DNA from: a virus
Lineage: Duplodnaviria > Caudoviricetes
Length of the DNA: 64,000 nt
Direction: 5' to 3' (one strand)
IMG/VR virus record: IMGVR_UViG_3300022746_000020
Coordinates: 1 to 64,000 of that record
Shown here: in pieces, positions 47,806-57,001 of the stretch
How positions within the stretch are numbered: the first letter of the stretch is position 1
Layout: every line of letters begins with the position of its first letter
Position numbers and translations under genes: made by a program
The notes under the pieces: generated by a model
Told to the model about the DNA's origin: nothing
The model's input: only the letters and a program-made list of their open reading frames with translations
The model's database searches: none

Positions 47806-48126
47806 ATGGCTTCTACACAAACCAGTTATCTTAATTCAGCAGTCGGTACAACGCCGGCTACTATCGTTACGGCATCTGCAACGACTGCTTTGGTAGGCTG
47901 CCAAGTCGCAAACATATCTGGCGCAGCAATCACAGTCGATGTGTATATCACGCGCAGCGCAACGAACTACTACCTAATCAAGGGCGTAACGATTCCGGTC
48001 GGAGGCGCTCTCGCCTTGATTGGCGGAGACGTTAAACACTTCTTGGTTACAGGCGATGTGCTGAAATGCGTTTCGAGCGCAGCATCGAGTGCAGACTTTG
48101 TAACTAGTGCAGCGGTAGGTGTCTAA
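47806..48126 (+). CDS. About 107-aa adaptor-like protein, copy 2
   Basis: TVDVYITRSATNYYLIKGVTIPVGGAL, similar to 41256. Confidence 0.7.
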   Translation: MASTQTSYLNSAVGTTPATIVTASATTALVGCQVANISGAAITVDVYITRSATNYYLIKGVTIPVGGALALIGGDVKHFLVTGDVLKCVSSAASSADFVTSAAVGV

Positions 48127-48719
48127 TGGCATGGATCGGCGCTTCTGGCGCATTAACCAACCAAGCGTCTGCATCAGACGTATTTAACGGTAACGGGTCG
48201 AATACTCAGTTTACACTATCGCGCACCGTATATAATACACGCGATATTGAAGTTGTTGTTAACAACGTCCAACAAAATCCATTTGATGGCAGCTACTCCG
48301 TGAGCGGACAAACGCTTACGTTTTCTGGCGCTCCAACAGCCGGTGCAAATAACATCTATGTTAATTACAGTGCTGGTGTAATTGGCATCCTGGCTCCTAC
48401 TGACAACTCGGTAACAGCTAACTCAATTATAGCAAACGCAGTAACGACAGCAAAGCTATCTGATAGCGGCGTCACTGCTGGAACATATGGCAATACGACC
48501 GTCATACCGGTTATTACTGTTGACGCTAAGGGTCGCACAACAAGCGTAACCACAGCTCCGGTGAATCAAGCTAACGGCGCAATTCACGAATTTAGCCCAA
48601 CAGTAACAGCACCATACACACTAACTACTGGTAAGAACGGTCTGACTGTTGGTCCGCTAGTCATTGCTAACGGCGCTTCAGTAACAGTACCTCCTGGACA
48701 AAGATTGGTGATCCTCTAA
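48126..48719 (+). CDS. Short fibre/branching protein (MAWIG class; one FNGNG domain; beta-helix-like C-terminus)
   Basis: FNGNGSNTQFTL; VTAGTYGN...DAKGR; YTLTTGKNGLTVGPLVIANGASVTVPPGQRLVIL. Confidence 0.7.
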   Translation: MAWIGASGALTNQASASDVFNGNGSNTQFTLSRTVYNTRDIEVVVNNVQQNPFDGSYSVSGQTLTFSGAPTAGANNIYVNYSAGVIGILAPTDNSVTANSIIANAVTTAKLSDSGVTAGTYGNTTVIPVITVDAKGRTTSVTTAPVNQANGAIHEFSPTVTAPYTLTTGKNGLTVGPLVIANGASVTVPPGQRLVIL

Positions 48720-49282
48720 TGTTAATATCATCTACAACACTCAATGGAGCAGTAGGCAACGATAGTAACAACAACATTACGATGTCTGTTGGCAATACTG
48801 TTATCGCTAACGTCAATAGCACCGGCATGTATTTTGAAGCTGGTAAGAAAGCAATTTATACTGGGGGCATACTACAAGTGGTGCAATCGGCCAACTCGAC
48901 GACTACAACTGTGTCGTCCGCGTCGTGGGTCGACACCGGCTATGTAGGGACAATTACGCCTACGAGTACATCGAGTAAAATCTTAGTTATAGTCAACACC
49001 ATGCCCAGACATCAGTCTGCTGGTATGAATCCGAACTACCGCCTGAGTAGAGGTGGTGCTGCGTTTTCTGGCGCAGTATCTGACTTCTATCATCCTACAG
49101 GGGGTGGTGTCTCTGGCTGCGTTACTATTACGTGGTTGGATTCCCCTGCTACCACTTCTCCGGTCACGTATGGCCTACAGTGGATGACTGCGGGTGCTGG
49201 GGGGTCGGTAATATTCAATGCAGATTATAACAATAATAACTATGGTGTAACGTATATTACAATGATGGAGATTGCAGGATGA
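48719..49282 (+). CDS. Fibre tip protein
   Basis: GGILQVVQ...ITPTSTSSKILV...LDSPATTSPVTY...ITMMEIAG. Confidence 0.7.
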   Translation: MLISSTTLNGAVGNDSNNNITMSVGNTVIANVNSTGMYFEAGKKAIYTGGILQVVQSANSTTTTVSSASWVDTGYVGTITPTSTSSKILVIVNTMPRHQSAGMNPNYRLSRGGAAFSGAVSDFYHPTGGGVSGCVTITWLDSPATTSPVTYGLQWMTAGAGGSVIFNADYNNNNYGVTYITMMEIAG

Positions 49283-49554
49283 CGTTAGAACAAAAACAAA
49301 AAGCTATCTTGGCATTGTATCCTGACGTCGTTAGAGTTTCAGGAGAGGTTGCTTTCGATATAAACAATAATGTTATCGAATATGATAATGCATCGGTCGA
49401 CCAGTGGCAAGATCCTAATGAGTATAAGGAACTTCGAGAACAAGAGTATCCGTCGATCGGCGAACAGCTCGATGCATTATTTCATGCTGGCGTATTCCCT
49501 GCCGAAATGGCTGCTAAAATTCAAGCAGTCAAAGACAAGTATCCGAAGGTTTAA
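49279..49554 (+). CDS. Small chaperone-like protein (paralog of 54312)
   Basis: AILALYP...YKELREQEYPSIGEQLDALFH...IQAVKDKYPK. Confidence 0.7.
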   Translation: MTLEQKQKAILALYPDVVRVSGEVAFDINNNVIEYDNASVDQWQDPNEYKELREQEYPSIGEQLDALFHAGVFPAEMAAKIQAVKDKYPKV

Positions 49555-49557
49555 TAT

Positions 49558-50076
49558 ATGGCATTAATTCTTGACGGCGGTGGCACGATATCTGGATTGG
49601 CAGTTGGTGGCCTAACAGATGCATCTATACAGCAGGCAGATCTAGCTCCCAATATAGCTGGTAATGGCCCCGCGTTTTGCGCGTATCTCTCAGGCAACCA
49701 GTCAATTTCTACAAATACTTGGACCAAGATTGCTTGGAATGCTGAGGAATTTGATACCCACAACGCATTCGATTCTGCGACCAACTATAGATTTCAACCA
49801 CAAGTTGCTGGGTATTATCAAATTCAAGGCATGTGGGAATGTAATTCGTCCGCATCATATACATATGCTGATATTCGAAAAACTGGCGCGTCTCATAGAG
49901 TAATTTTGGTTCCACAAGCTGGAACGTCGAACCCATTTTTTGGATTGGTATACTTGAACGGATCGACTGACTATATCGAAGTCTGGGCATATGTGGTCGG
50001 CGGCACAAGTCCGAATACCATCTACGGAAGTCAAATTTACACCTCTTTACAGGGGTTCATGGTTAGGGCAGCATGA
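49558..50076 (+). CDS. Short C1q-like tip protein
   Basis: PAFCAYL..NQ...EEFDT..AFD...YRFQPQVAGYYQI...VYLNGSTDYIE. Confidence 0.75.
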   Translation: MALILDGGGTISGLAVGGLTDASIQQADLAPNIAGNGPAFCAYLSGNQSISTNTWTKIAWNAEEFDTHNAFDSATNYRFQPQVAGYYQIQGMWECNSSASYTYADIRKTGASHRVILVPQAGTSNPFFGLVYLNGSTDYIEVWAYVVGGTSPNTIYGSQIYTSLQGFMVRAA

Positions 50077-50252
50077 TGTCACTATACGAAAAAATCAAAA
50101 CAATTTATCCAGAATTGACGGATGCAGAGTTTGCACCTCGCGGTACTATCTCATTAGAGAATGCCAGTGACGGACGAGGCGACTATATTGCTAAGTGGGA
50201 ACATCATACTCTAGCTAGACCTACCGAAGAACAGCTAGCTGCGATCGAATAA
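50073..50252 (+). CDS. XkdW-like small protein (59 aa; not in the ORF track)
   Basis: Hand translation MMSLYEKIKTIYPELTDAEFAPRGTISLENASDGRGDYIAKWEHHTLARPTEEQLAAIE; ATGA overlap with the upstream stop. Confidence 0.7.
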   Translation: MMSLYEKIKTIYPELTDAEFAPRGTISLENASDGRGDYIAKWEHHTLARPTEEQLAAIE

Positions 50253-50278
50253 ATAATACAAAAACAAAGAGCTAACAA

Positions 50279-51433
50279 ATGAGCGTAGTAGTCGACGGAT
50301 CCAACGGTCTAACATTCAATGATGGAACAGCGCAGGTCACTGCGGCGTCTGGCTTCGGCTTTAAGAACCGCATCATCAATGGTGCGATGAATATATGGCA
50401 ACGTGGAACAAATTTTCCACAGACAGGACTTTCTTTTGGTAGCGTATATTTGGCTGATAGATTTTATATCGAATCGACCAACTCAACAGCAGCAGCCACA
50501 TGGTCACAAGTCCAAGATGCTCCAGCTGGATTCACTTACTCATTAAAACAAACCGTAACTGCAACGCAAGCGGCACCGACAGCAACAGGACACTACTATG
50601 GACTGTGTCAGCAAATCGAAGGATACAACTTTGCTGATCTCGCTTATGGTACAGCACAAGCAGCTTCGGCAGTATTGAGCTTTTGGGTCAAGTCGAGCGT
50701 CACAGGTACGTTTTCTGCCAGTTTCATTCTGACAGGCGGCACACCTGGCGAAAAGACATATCCGTTCACATATACGATAGCGGCTTCCAATACTTGGACT
50801 CAGGTCATTATAAACATACCTGGCAACACGTCCACTGCTCCGACTAGCGTGACGATTGGAGCGGCCGCTCGTGTTGAATTCTATACGTTGCTAAGCGCCG
50901 GATATGCGACTGGAACGGCAGGGACATGGAACACGAACGCCTCAGCTAACCAATATGCTTCCACACAAGGTGTTAACTTGTTTGCTACATCTGGCGCCAC
51001 ATGGCAAATTACTGGTGTGCAGTTTGAAAAAGGTTCGACAGCTACAGCATTCGACTATCGTCCATATAGCGCCGAGTTGCAGCTATGCCAACGATACTTC
51101 ATTAAATCTTTTGAGCCTGGAACGGCACCTGCGAACGGCGCTGCCGCAGGCATCAACGGCACGTTTACTGCATACAATGCAACCAACTCATATGGTATAG
51201 TATTGACATATCCTGTTCAGATGCGTTCTGTTCCGACGGTAGCATTCTATGGTGTGAATGGTGCTACTGGCGTCTGGGACGTATATAAGGGTGCAGGTTG
51301 GGGCGCAAGCACAAGCACGACTGTAAACTCTCCTAGCTCTACATGCCTGTCTGTGTTTATAGGATCGACAGGCATGACGGCTTGGGCTTCGTACTTATTG
51401 TCTGGAAACTACACTGCAAATGCGGAGCTATAA
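50279..51433 (+). CDS. Tip protein with NRIING...ELxLCQRY carbohydrate-binding-like domain, copy 1
   Basis: GFKNRIINGAM..WQRG; LSFWVKSS; TGVQFEKGSTATAFDYRPY.AELQLCQRY. Confidence 0.75.
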   Translation: MSVVVDGSNGLTFNDGTAQVTAASGFGFKNRIINGAMNIWQRGTNFPQTGLSFGSVYLADRFYIESTNSTAAATWSQVQDAPAGFTYSLKQTVTATQAAPTATGHYYGLCQQIEGYNFADLAYGTAQAASAVLSFWVKSSVTGTFSASFILTGGTPGEKTYPFTYTIAASNTWTQVIINIPGNTSTAPTSVTIGAAARVEFYTLLSAGYATGTAGTWNTNASANQYASTQGVNLFATSGATWQITGVQFEKGSTATAFDYRPYSAELQLCQRYFIKSFEPGTAPANGAAAGINGTFTAYNATNSYGIVLTYPVQMRSVPTVAFYGVNGATGVWDVYKGAGWGASTSTTVNSPSSTCLSVFIGSTGMTAWASYLLSGNYTANAEL

Positions 51434-51598
51434 ATGTATCAGCTCATACAAAATCCAATTACTCAGCAAATAAATTACGTGTACCGCACGTCGGATGGTG
51501 CACATATTCCATTTGATCCAGCTAACACAGACTATCAAGAATACTTAAAGTGGGTTGCCGAAGGCAATCGACCATTACCAGCTGAGGAACAACAGTAA
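51434..51598 (+). CDS. Small chaperone-like protein (54 aa; not in the ORF track)
   Basis: Hand translation MYQLIQNPITQQINYVYRTSDGAHIPFDPANTDYQEYLKWVAEGNRPLPAEEQQ; fills the gap exactly. Confidence 0.75.
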   Translation: MYQLIQNPITQQINYVYRTSDGAHIPFDPANTDYQEYLKWVAEGNRPLPAEEQQ

Positions 51599-52821
51599 TG
51601 TCTTATTTGGGCATCCCGCCATTCGGCCAAACAGTCAGAACAGTTACAACGATAACTGCAACTGCTAGCCAAACTATCTTTACACCTAATGGTGGATATA
51701 CTGTCGGCTATGTTGATGTATACTATAACGGCGTCAAGCTCGTTGCTGGTACTGACTTCTCTGCTACGGACGGATTAACGATTGTATTGACAGCAGGCGC
51801 TACTGCAAACGCAATTATCGAAACAGTTGCATATGGATCAGTGTCGATGGCTGATGCTATCCGTCGTTCTGGCGATACGTTCTCTGGTACAGTCAACTTT
51901 CCAAATAATAACATCATCGCTGCTAATGGTAGCGTTGGTATTGGTAATACTGCTCCTAAGGCTCCGCTAACAATCGGTGCAGCTAATGGCACATTTACAA
52001 ACCCATTGGTTCAAGCAGCAAGCTCAGCAAATAGCTGGTTGCAAATTAATGCACAGAACATAAACCCAGGTAACAACGCATCGACCGACTTGGTCCTTGC
52101 AAGAAATGACGGTACAGACACATCGAACTTCATCGACGTAGGTATCAACAGCAACAACTACAACCAAGCTGGTTATAGCATAATGACGCCCGGTAGTGGA
52201 TATGTGTTTACTAATGGTGGCGATCTTGTTATCGGCACGCAGACAGCACATAACATTCTTTTCCACACTGGCAATACTACTGCAGCATCGGAAAAGTTGC
52301 GCATTAATACTACTGGCGCAATTATTCTTGCGGGCGGTAACGTAGCTGCTAGTGGGGTTGGTATTGCGTTTCCAAATACACAAGTGACAACATCTGATCC
52401 GAATACATTAGACGATTATGAAAAAGGAACATGGTCGCCATATGCATATGGATCGACTACTGCTGGAACCGGAACATATAGCGCGACTAACAACAAGGGT
52501 GCATATGTGAAGATCGGTTCGCTAGTTACTGCATATTTTTCATTCAATTGCACGTCCACGCATACTGGTACTGGATTGCTGTTCATAGGCGGCCTTCCAT
52601 TTAGCAATTATGGATATACGTGGGTAAGCGGTGCTGTGGGGTATTGGGCTAGCCTGCTTACCACCACAGCAACGTATGTGGGTTGTTACATAGATCCTGG
52701 ATCGTCGGGTGTTGTAATTACATATACAAACTCTGCTGTAGCGGGCGTAAGCTACTTGAGCCCAGCAGCGTTACAAAACGGGACGCATATTATAGGCTCT
52801 GTGACCTATAGAGTTGCTTGA
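51598..52821 (+). CDS. Fibre protein (MSYLG class; one TATAxQ domain; LDDYExGTW tip)
   Basis: MSYLGIPP; TATASQTIF...VDVYYNGVKL; repeat B; NTLDDYEKGTWSP..YVKIG..GLPF. Confidence 0.75.
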   Translation: MSYLGIPPFGQTVRTVTTITATASQTIFTPNGGYTVGYVDVYYNGVKLVAGTDFSATDGLTIVLTAGATANAIIETVAYGSVSMADAIRRSGDTFSGTVNFPNNNIIAANGSVGIGNTAPKAPLTIGAANGTFTNPLVQAASSANSWLQINAQNINPGNNASTDLVLARNDGTDTSNFIDVGINSNNYNQAGYSIMTPGSGYVFTNGGDLVIGTQTAHNILFHTGNTTAASEKLRINTTGAIILAGGNVAASGVGIAFPNTQVTTSDPNTLDDYEKGTWSPYAYGSTTAGTGTYSATNNKGAYVKIGSLVTAYFSFNCTSTHTGTGLLFIGGLPFSNYGYTWVSGAVGYWASLLTTTATYVGCYIDPGSSGVVITYTNSAVAGVSYLSPAALQNGTHIIGSVTYRVA

Positions 52822-52876
52822 TTTTCACAATTACCTAGTATGGATTTACTAGGCGGACACTAAAAGGAGAAACAAA

Positions 52877-53131
52877 ATGGCATTATCAGAAGTAAAAGTA
52901 ATAGACAAAATCGAAGTAGTAGAGAACGGCACATTACAAGTTCGTGAAGCTACTCGTATTCTAAAAGACGGCGAACAGATCGCCCAAACATATCATCGCT
53001 GGAGCTTTGCTCCTGGTTCTGATGTATCAGAAATGCCTGCAAATGTGCAAGCAATTGCATCTGCAGCATGGACATCGGAAGTCGTATCGGCATATCAAGC
53101 ACAACAAGCAGAAATCGCTAATAGAGGTTAA
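52877..53131 (+). CDS. Small chaperone-like protein
   Basis: IDKIEVVENGTLQVREATRI..DG.......HR....PG.D......VQAI....WT; SD AAGGAG. Confidence 0.75.
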   Translation: MALSEVKVIDKIEVVENGTLQVREATRILKDGEQIAQTYHRWSFAPGSDVSEMPANVQAIASAAWTSEVVSAYQAQQAEIANRG

Positions 53132-53133
53132 TT

Positions 53134-54312
53134 GTGAGTAATTCTAGAACGCTATCGGATTTTATCGGCTCGTCTGGTACGCCAGCGTTCACGAGCAACA
53201 CTACGTTTGCAGCTAACGTTGCTGTTACTGGCGCTGCTACCTTTGCAAATACAGTCGCGTTTACATCTAATGGATCGATAACACTTCCTATCGGAACGAC
53301 AGCTCAACGTGCAGGATCAAATGGATCGATTCGATTTAATAGCAACACTAACGTAGTCGAAGAGTATAATGGTTCGCGTTGGTTATCTGGCAACTATCCA
53401 GGATCATCGCCGCAAAATGCTGCTAACTCAGCTGTAGAAATCTGGCAGGCTGGTGGCCGCGGCAAAGGATTCTTCTGGTTAAATAGCCCCAATGGCGGTA
53501 CTGTTCAAAATTTTTGTGATCTCGATACGCTAGACGAGAATGGTCAGTCTGGCTGGATTCTCGTCGCTATGTTTCCGATGGCACAGAACTGGCGCGATGA
53601 TGGACTGTCGACTAGACAAGTATTGAACCCATTCGACCTTGTAATGAACCAGAACGATGGTACCCCTCAACCTGACCGTAAAATGTGGTCAGCAAACTGG
53701 GGTGATTATCAGATGAACAAGTTCCGCATTCAAAATGCATGGAGCATCATCGAGACTGGACCGAATGCCACAATGGATTGGTATTTCAATTACTCAAACG
53801 CATGTGCATGGAAGCAAGTATGGAATTGGCAGACAGGTACTGGCAATTATATGAACGATACGTCGGGCGATAACAACGGCAACATCAATGCCGCATATTG
53901 CTCTGGATGGCCAGCACCGACTAACCAAGCAGGTGCGCTACCACGCTGCTGTTTGCGTGGATTTAACTGGGCATACAACTTGAAGTTTGGATATCAAGTC
54001 GGCCAACGCTGGAATAATCTGTCTGACTCTGCTGGCGGCGGTACAGCACAAAACACATCATATAATTGGTGGGCTGGATTAACACAGCCCCACAATACAC
54101 TTGGATGGGGGGTTGGTGGCGATGGGTCTCTTGCTATTCTTCCACAAGGTAGCACATATACGACTGCTGGACAAGATTGCGACTCAATGAACTGTAAAGT
54201 GGGTGTCGACGACACCAGCGGCGCAACTTTGTGGTCATCCTCCGCTACTGCCAGTGTTACGCAAACTGGCCTCACTGACTATTATCGTAGTCTCTACTTC
54301 TGGATCAAATAA
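53134..54312 (+). CDS. Tip protein with fibrinogen/intelectin-like domain (MSxxR class)
   Basis: GTG start MSNSRTLSDFIG; LPIGTTAQR..G.IRFN; GFFWL......QNFCDL....GWILV; Trp/Cys-rich. Confidence 0.65.
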   Translation: MSNSRTLSDFIGSSGTPAFTSNTTFAANVAVTGAATFANTVAFTSNGSITLPIGTTAQRAGSNGSIRFNSNTNVVEEYNGSRWLSGNYPGSSPQNAANSAVEIWQAGGRGKGFFWLNSPNGGTVQNFCDLDTLDENGQSGWILVAMFPMAQNWRDDGLSTRQVLNPFDLVMNQNDGTPQPDRKMWSANWGDYQMNKFRIQNAWSIIETGPNATMDWYFNYSNACAWKQVWNWQTGTGNYMNDTSGDNNGNINAAYCSGWPAPTNQAGALPRCCLRGFNWAYNLKFGYQVGQRWNNLSDSAGGGTAQNTSYNWWAGLTQPHNTLGWGVGGDGSLAILPQGSTYTTAGQDCDSMNCKVGVDDTSGATLWSSSATASVTQTGLTDYYRSLYFWIK

Positions 54313-54611
54313 TGCAGAATAATTACATTAACTACCAGACTGTTTTAGAAAAGAAGTTTTCCTTCTATGACTGGAGTATCGCCGATCCTGAAAATTACGA
54401 TACGCTCGTATGGAATTCGGATCCGTCCCTCAAGCCAACCAAAGAGTTTCTAGATAATAAGATTAATGCTGCGAAGCAAGATTATGCTAGACATCGCAAG
54501 ATGTACTACCCATCAATAGAGGCTCAACTAGATACATTATACCATGGCGGATACGATGCGTGGAGAGCTTCAATAGAGGCTGTTAAGACTACTTTCCCAA
54601 AACCAGAGTAA
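54312..54611 (+). CDS. Small chaperone-like protein (paralog of 49279)
   Basis: KPTKE...YARHRKMYYPSIEAQLDTLYH...IEAVKTTFPKP. Confidence 0.7.
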   Translation: MQNNYINYQTVLEKKFSFYDWSIADPENYDTLVWNSDPSLKPTKEFLDNKINAAKQDYARHRKMYYPSIEAQLDTLYHGGYDAWRASIEAVKTTFPKPE

Positions 54612-54614
54612 TGT

Positions 54615-55370
54615 ATGGCACTAAGTAAAATCACAGCAGATTCGCTTCAAGCAAACGTAGTAGCGAGTGCTATTGGATATGTTCCAGCTAACGCAGCTGG
54701 CGATAACTTCACTGGCCAAGTCAAGGTATCTGGCCCTATGGCCAACATTGGCCCTACGTCTAAGGGTGTGTATATTGGATATGATCCAAACGCAGCAAAC
54801 AACGTTGGCATCGAAATTGTATCCGGACCAGTCGGTATATCGTGGGTAGACTTTGGTAATGGTGATGGATCGGATTTCAGAGGACGCATTGGATATGATT
54901 CGAATACCAATGCGCTCTTCCTATGTACAAACACTCTTAATAGATTAAACATCGATTCAACAGGCCGCATGACGGTGCCGAACCAGCCGATGTTTTCAGG
55001 TATCAGAAACACGACACCAACAACACTGGCGTCTGGAAACGTCGTACTACACAACGTCACCGTAACAGATGTTGGTGGTTATTATAGTGCTGCAACCGGT
55101 AGATTTACATGCCCAGTTGCTGGCAGATATATGGTAACGATTGGCGGCCATGCTGAAAACTCTCAGCCGACTTCACATCAAATCAGAAAGAACGGCACAA
55201 CGGTAGCATATGAGTATGGGTCGATGCCTTCTGGAAGCTATGTTGCTATGTCTAGAACCATCATTCTAACTTGTGCAGCTAATGATTATATTGACCACTA
55301 TATCTCGACTGGTACGTTCTGGTGCGGTGATGGTTCTGGCCTCACAATGACAGTCATGCTAGTTTCTTAA
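54615..55370 (+). CDS. C1q-like tip protein (MALSK class)
   Basis: MALSKI; PNQPMF...YSAATGRFTCPVAGRY. Confidence 0.75.
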   Translation: MALSKITADSLQANVVASAIGYVPANAAGDNFTGQVKVSGPMANIGPTSKGVYIGYDPNAANNVGIEIVSGPVGISWVDFGNGDGSDFRGRIGYDSNTNALFLCTNTLNRLNIDSTGRMTVPNQPMFSGIRNTTPTTLASGNVVLHNVTVTDVGGYYSAATGRFTCPVAGRYMVTIGGHAENSQPTSHQIRKNGTTVAYEYGSMPSGSYVAMSRTIILTCAANDYIDHYISTGTFWCGDGSGLTMTVMLVS

Positions 55371-55407
55371 ACGAATAAATACATCACCTAATAATAAAGG
55401 AATCATT

Positions 55408-55674
55408 ATGTCAAAAACATACACAATTACTCTTTCCGCAGCCGAAGACAAGGCACTTGGATTCATCGCTTTCTCTCAACAAGAATGGATCGATAATGCC
55501 GTTCACGAGCGTTGCCGCATTGCTATCGAAGAAATCGTAGCAGCAGAAGTTCAACGCAAACTTGCAGCTGGCGAAACAATCTCTGGCTCTAAAGAAGACA
55601 TCGTTGTTGCAGCTCCAATCCAATCGGCAGCAGAACGTCAAGCAGCAGCTGAGGCAGCACAACCTAACGCTTAA
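55408..55674 (+). CDS. Small chaperone-like protein (paralog of 44848)
   Basis: TYTITLS.AEDKAL.....QQEWIDNAVHERCRIAIEEI; AATAAATA and SD AAGGA upstream. Confidence 0.75.
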   Translation: MSKTYTITLSAAEDKALGFIAFSQQEWIDNAVHERCRIAIEEIVAAEVQRKLAAGETISGSKEDIVVAAPIQSAAERQAAAEAAQPNA

Positions 55675-55686
55675 AGGCAACAACGC

Positions 55687-56661
55687 GTGCGCAAGATAGA
55701 CTTTTCAAGACTAAAAACGACTGAGGCGGTTCCGTCTGGCTTTCTGTCGTTAATGTCGACGTCGCTTTATAATGCAAACTCAACAACGAGTGGTATTGTA
55801 AAGCTGGTAGACACTACGTCTAACACTAGCGCAACAGTTGCCGCTTCAGCAAACGCCGTTAACCAGACATTAGTCAGCGCTCAGATTCTCGCTGGCTCTG
55901 CATATGCCAATGCCGTCACTTACACCAATTCGTTAGGCGCGACGGCATACGCTAACGCCGTTGCATATGCAAACACAATCGCAGCGACAGCGTACGCGAA
56001 TGCAGCAAGCAGAGCAGCAGATGCATTTACGAACGCTGTTGCATATGCAGCATCGAACACGTACGTCAATACACAGCTCGGTCTCAAGGCAGATCTGGCT
56101 GGTGCGTCATTCACGGGTGCCGTTTCCATCGCAAATAGCGCAAACGTTTCTGGTTCGTTACAAGTTGGCGGTGTGCTAACAGTAGCAGGAAACTTGGTAA
56201 TTAATGGAACGACAACGACTGTTAACACAAGTTCGATCAACGTTACCGATTCGTTGCTATACCTTGCTTCCAACAATGAAGTATCTGATTCTTTAGATAT
56301 TGGTTTTGCTGCTCACTATAATAATGGTGCTGGCGCGAATGGTCATACTGGTTTGATTAGAAGTTCACTCACGAAAAAGTATTACCTATTTCAAAACTAT
56401 CAACCAGAGTTCTTCGCAAATAACGTAGTAGATGTTGCTAATACTGCAACTGGTATTCAGATGGCAGACTTGGTCGTTGGTAACTTTACTGCAAACAATA
56501 CACTCGCTGCCGGTAACACAACAATTACAGGCACCCTAAATACTTCCGGATTACTTACCGCTAATGCGATCACAGTATCGAATGTTAGCGCGACTCAAAC
56601 TAACTTACAAGTAGACGCGGCCGGAACAGCAACTGCTATGGCTATCGTCTTCGGTGGATAA
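55687..56661 (+). CDS. Fibre hub protein, copy 3
   Basis: GTG start; ANSTTSGIVKL..AASANAV fibre repeat, AYANA repeats, repeat A, C-terminal TAMAIVFGG. Confidence 0.75.
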   Translation: MRKIDFSRLKTTEAVPSGFLSLMSTSLYNANSTTSGIVKLVDTTSNTSATVAASANAVNQTLVSAQILAGSAYANAVTYTNSLGATAYANAVAYANTIAATAYANAASRAADAFTNAVAYAASNTYVNTQLGLKADLAGASFTGAVSIANSANVSGSLQVGGVLTVAGNLVINGTTTTVNTSSINVTDSLLYLASNNEVSDSLDIGFAAHYNNGAGANGHTGLIRSSLTKKYYLFQNYQPEFFANNVVDVANTATGIQMADLVVGNFTANNTLAAGNTTITGTLNTSGLLTANAITVSNVSATQTNLQVDAAGTATAMAIVFGG

Positions 56662-56664
56662 ACA

Positions 56665-56991
56665 ATGGCAAACACGTTCAAAAATAAAGGCCTAGCATTA
56701 ACAACGACGTCTAGAACGGACTTGTATACTTGCCCAGCTAACACAGCTGCAGTTATTCATACACTAAACATTGCAAACGTCAATGGCGTGTCTAGCTCTT
56801 CGATTACGATTGAAGTATATGATACATCCGCAGCTGCATACTATAAAATTGGATACTTGATTCCAGTTCCAGGCGGATCGTCATACTTCTATGATAAGCC
56901 TTTGAATTTGGAAGCAGGGGACAAGGTATCGTTAACTGCGACTACAGCGAACTACTTGGAAGCGTTTGCATCTATTCTTGAAATTGCATAA
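56665..56991 (+). CDS. About 107-aa adaptor-like protein, copy 3
   Basis: MANTFKN...LYTCP...IANV...VPGGS...KPLNLEAGD...SILEI. Confidence 0.7.
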   Translation: MANTFKNKGLALTTTSRTDLYTCPANTAAVIHTLNIANVNGVSSSSITIEVYDTSAAAYYKIGYLIPVPGGSSYFYDKPLNLEAGDKVSLTATTANYLEAFASILEIA

Positions 56992-57001
56992 GGAGCGCTA
57001 A

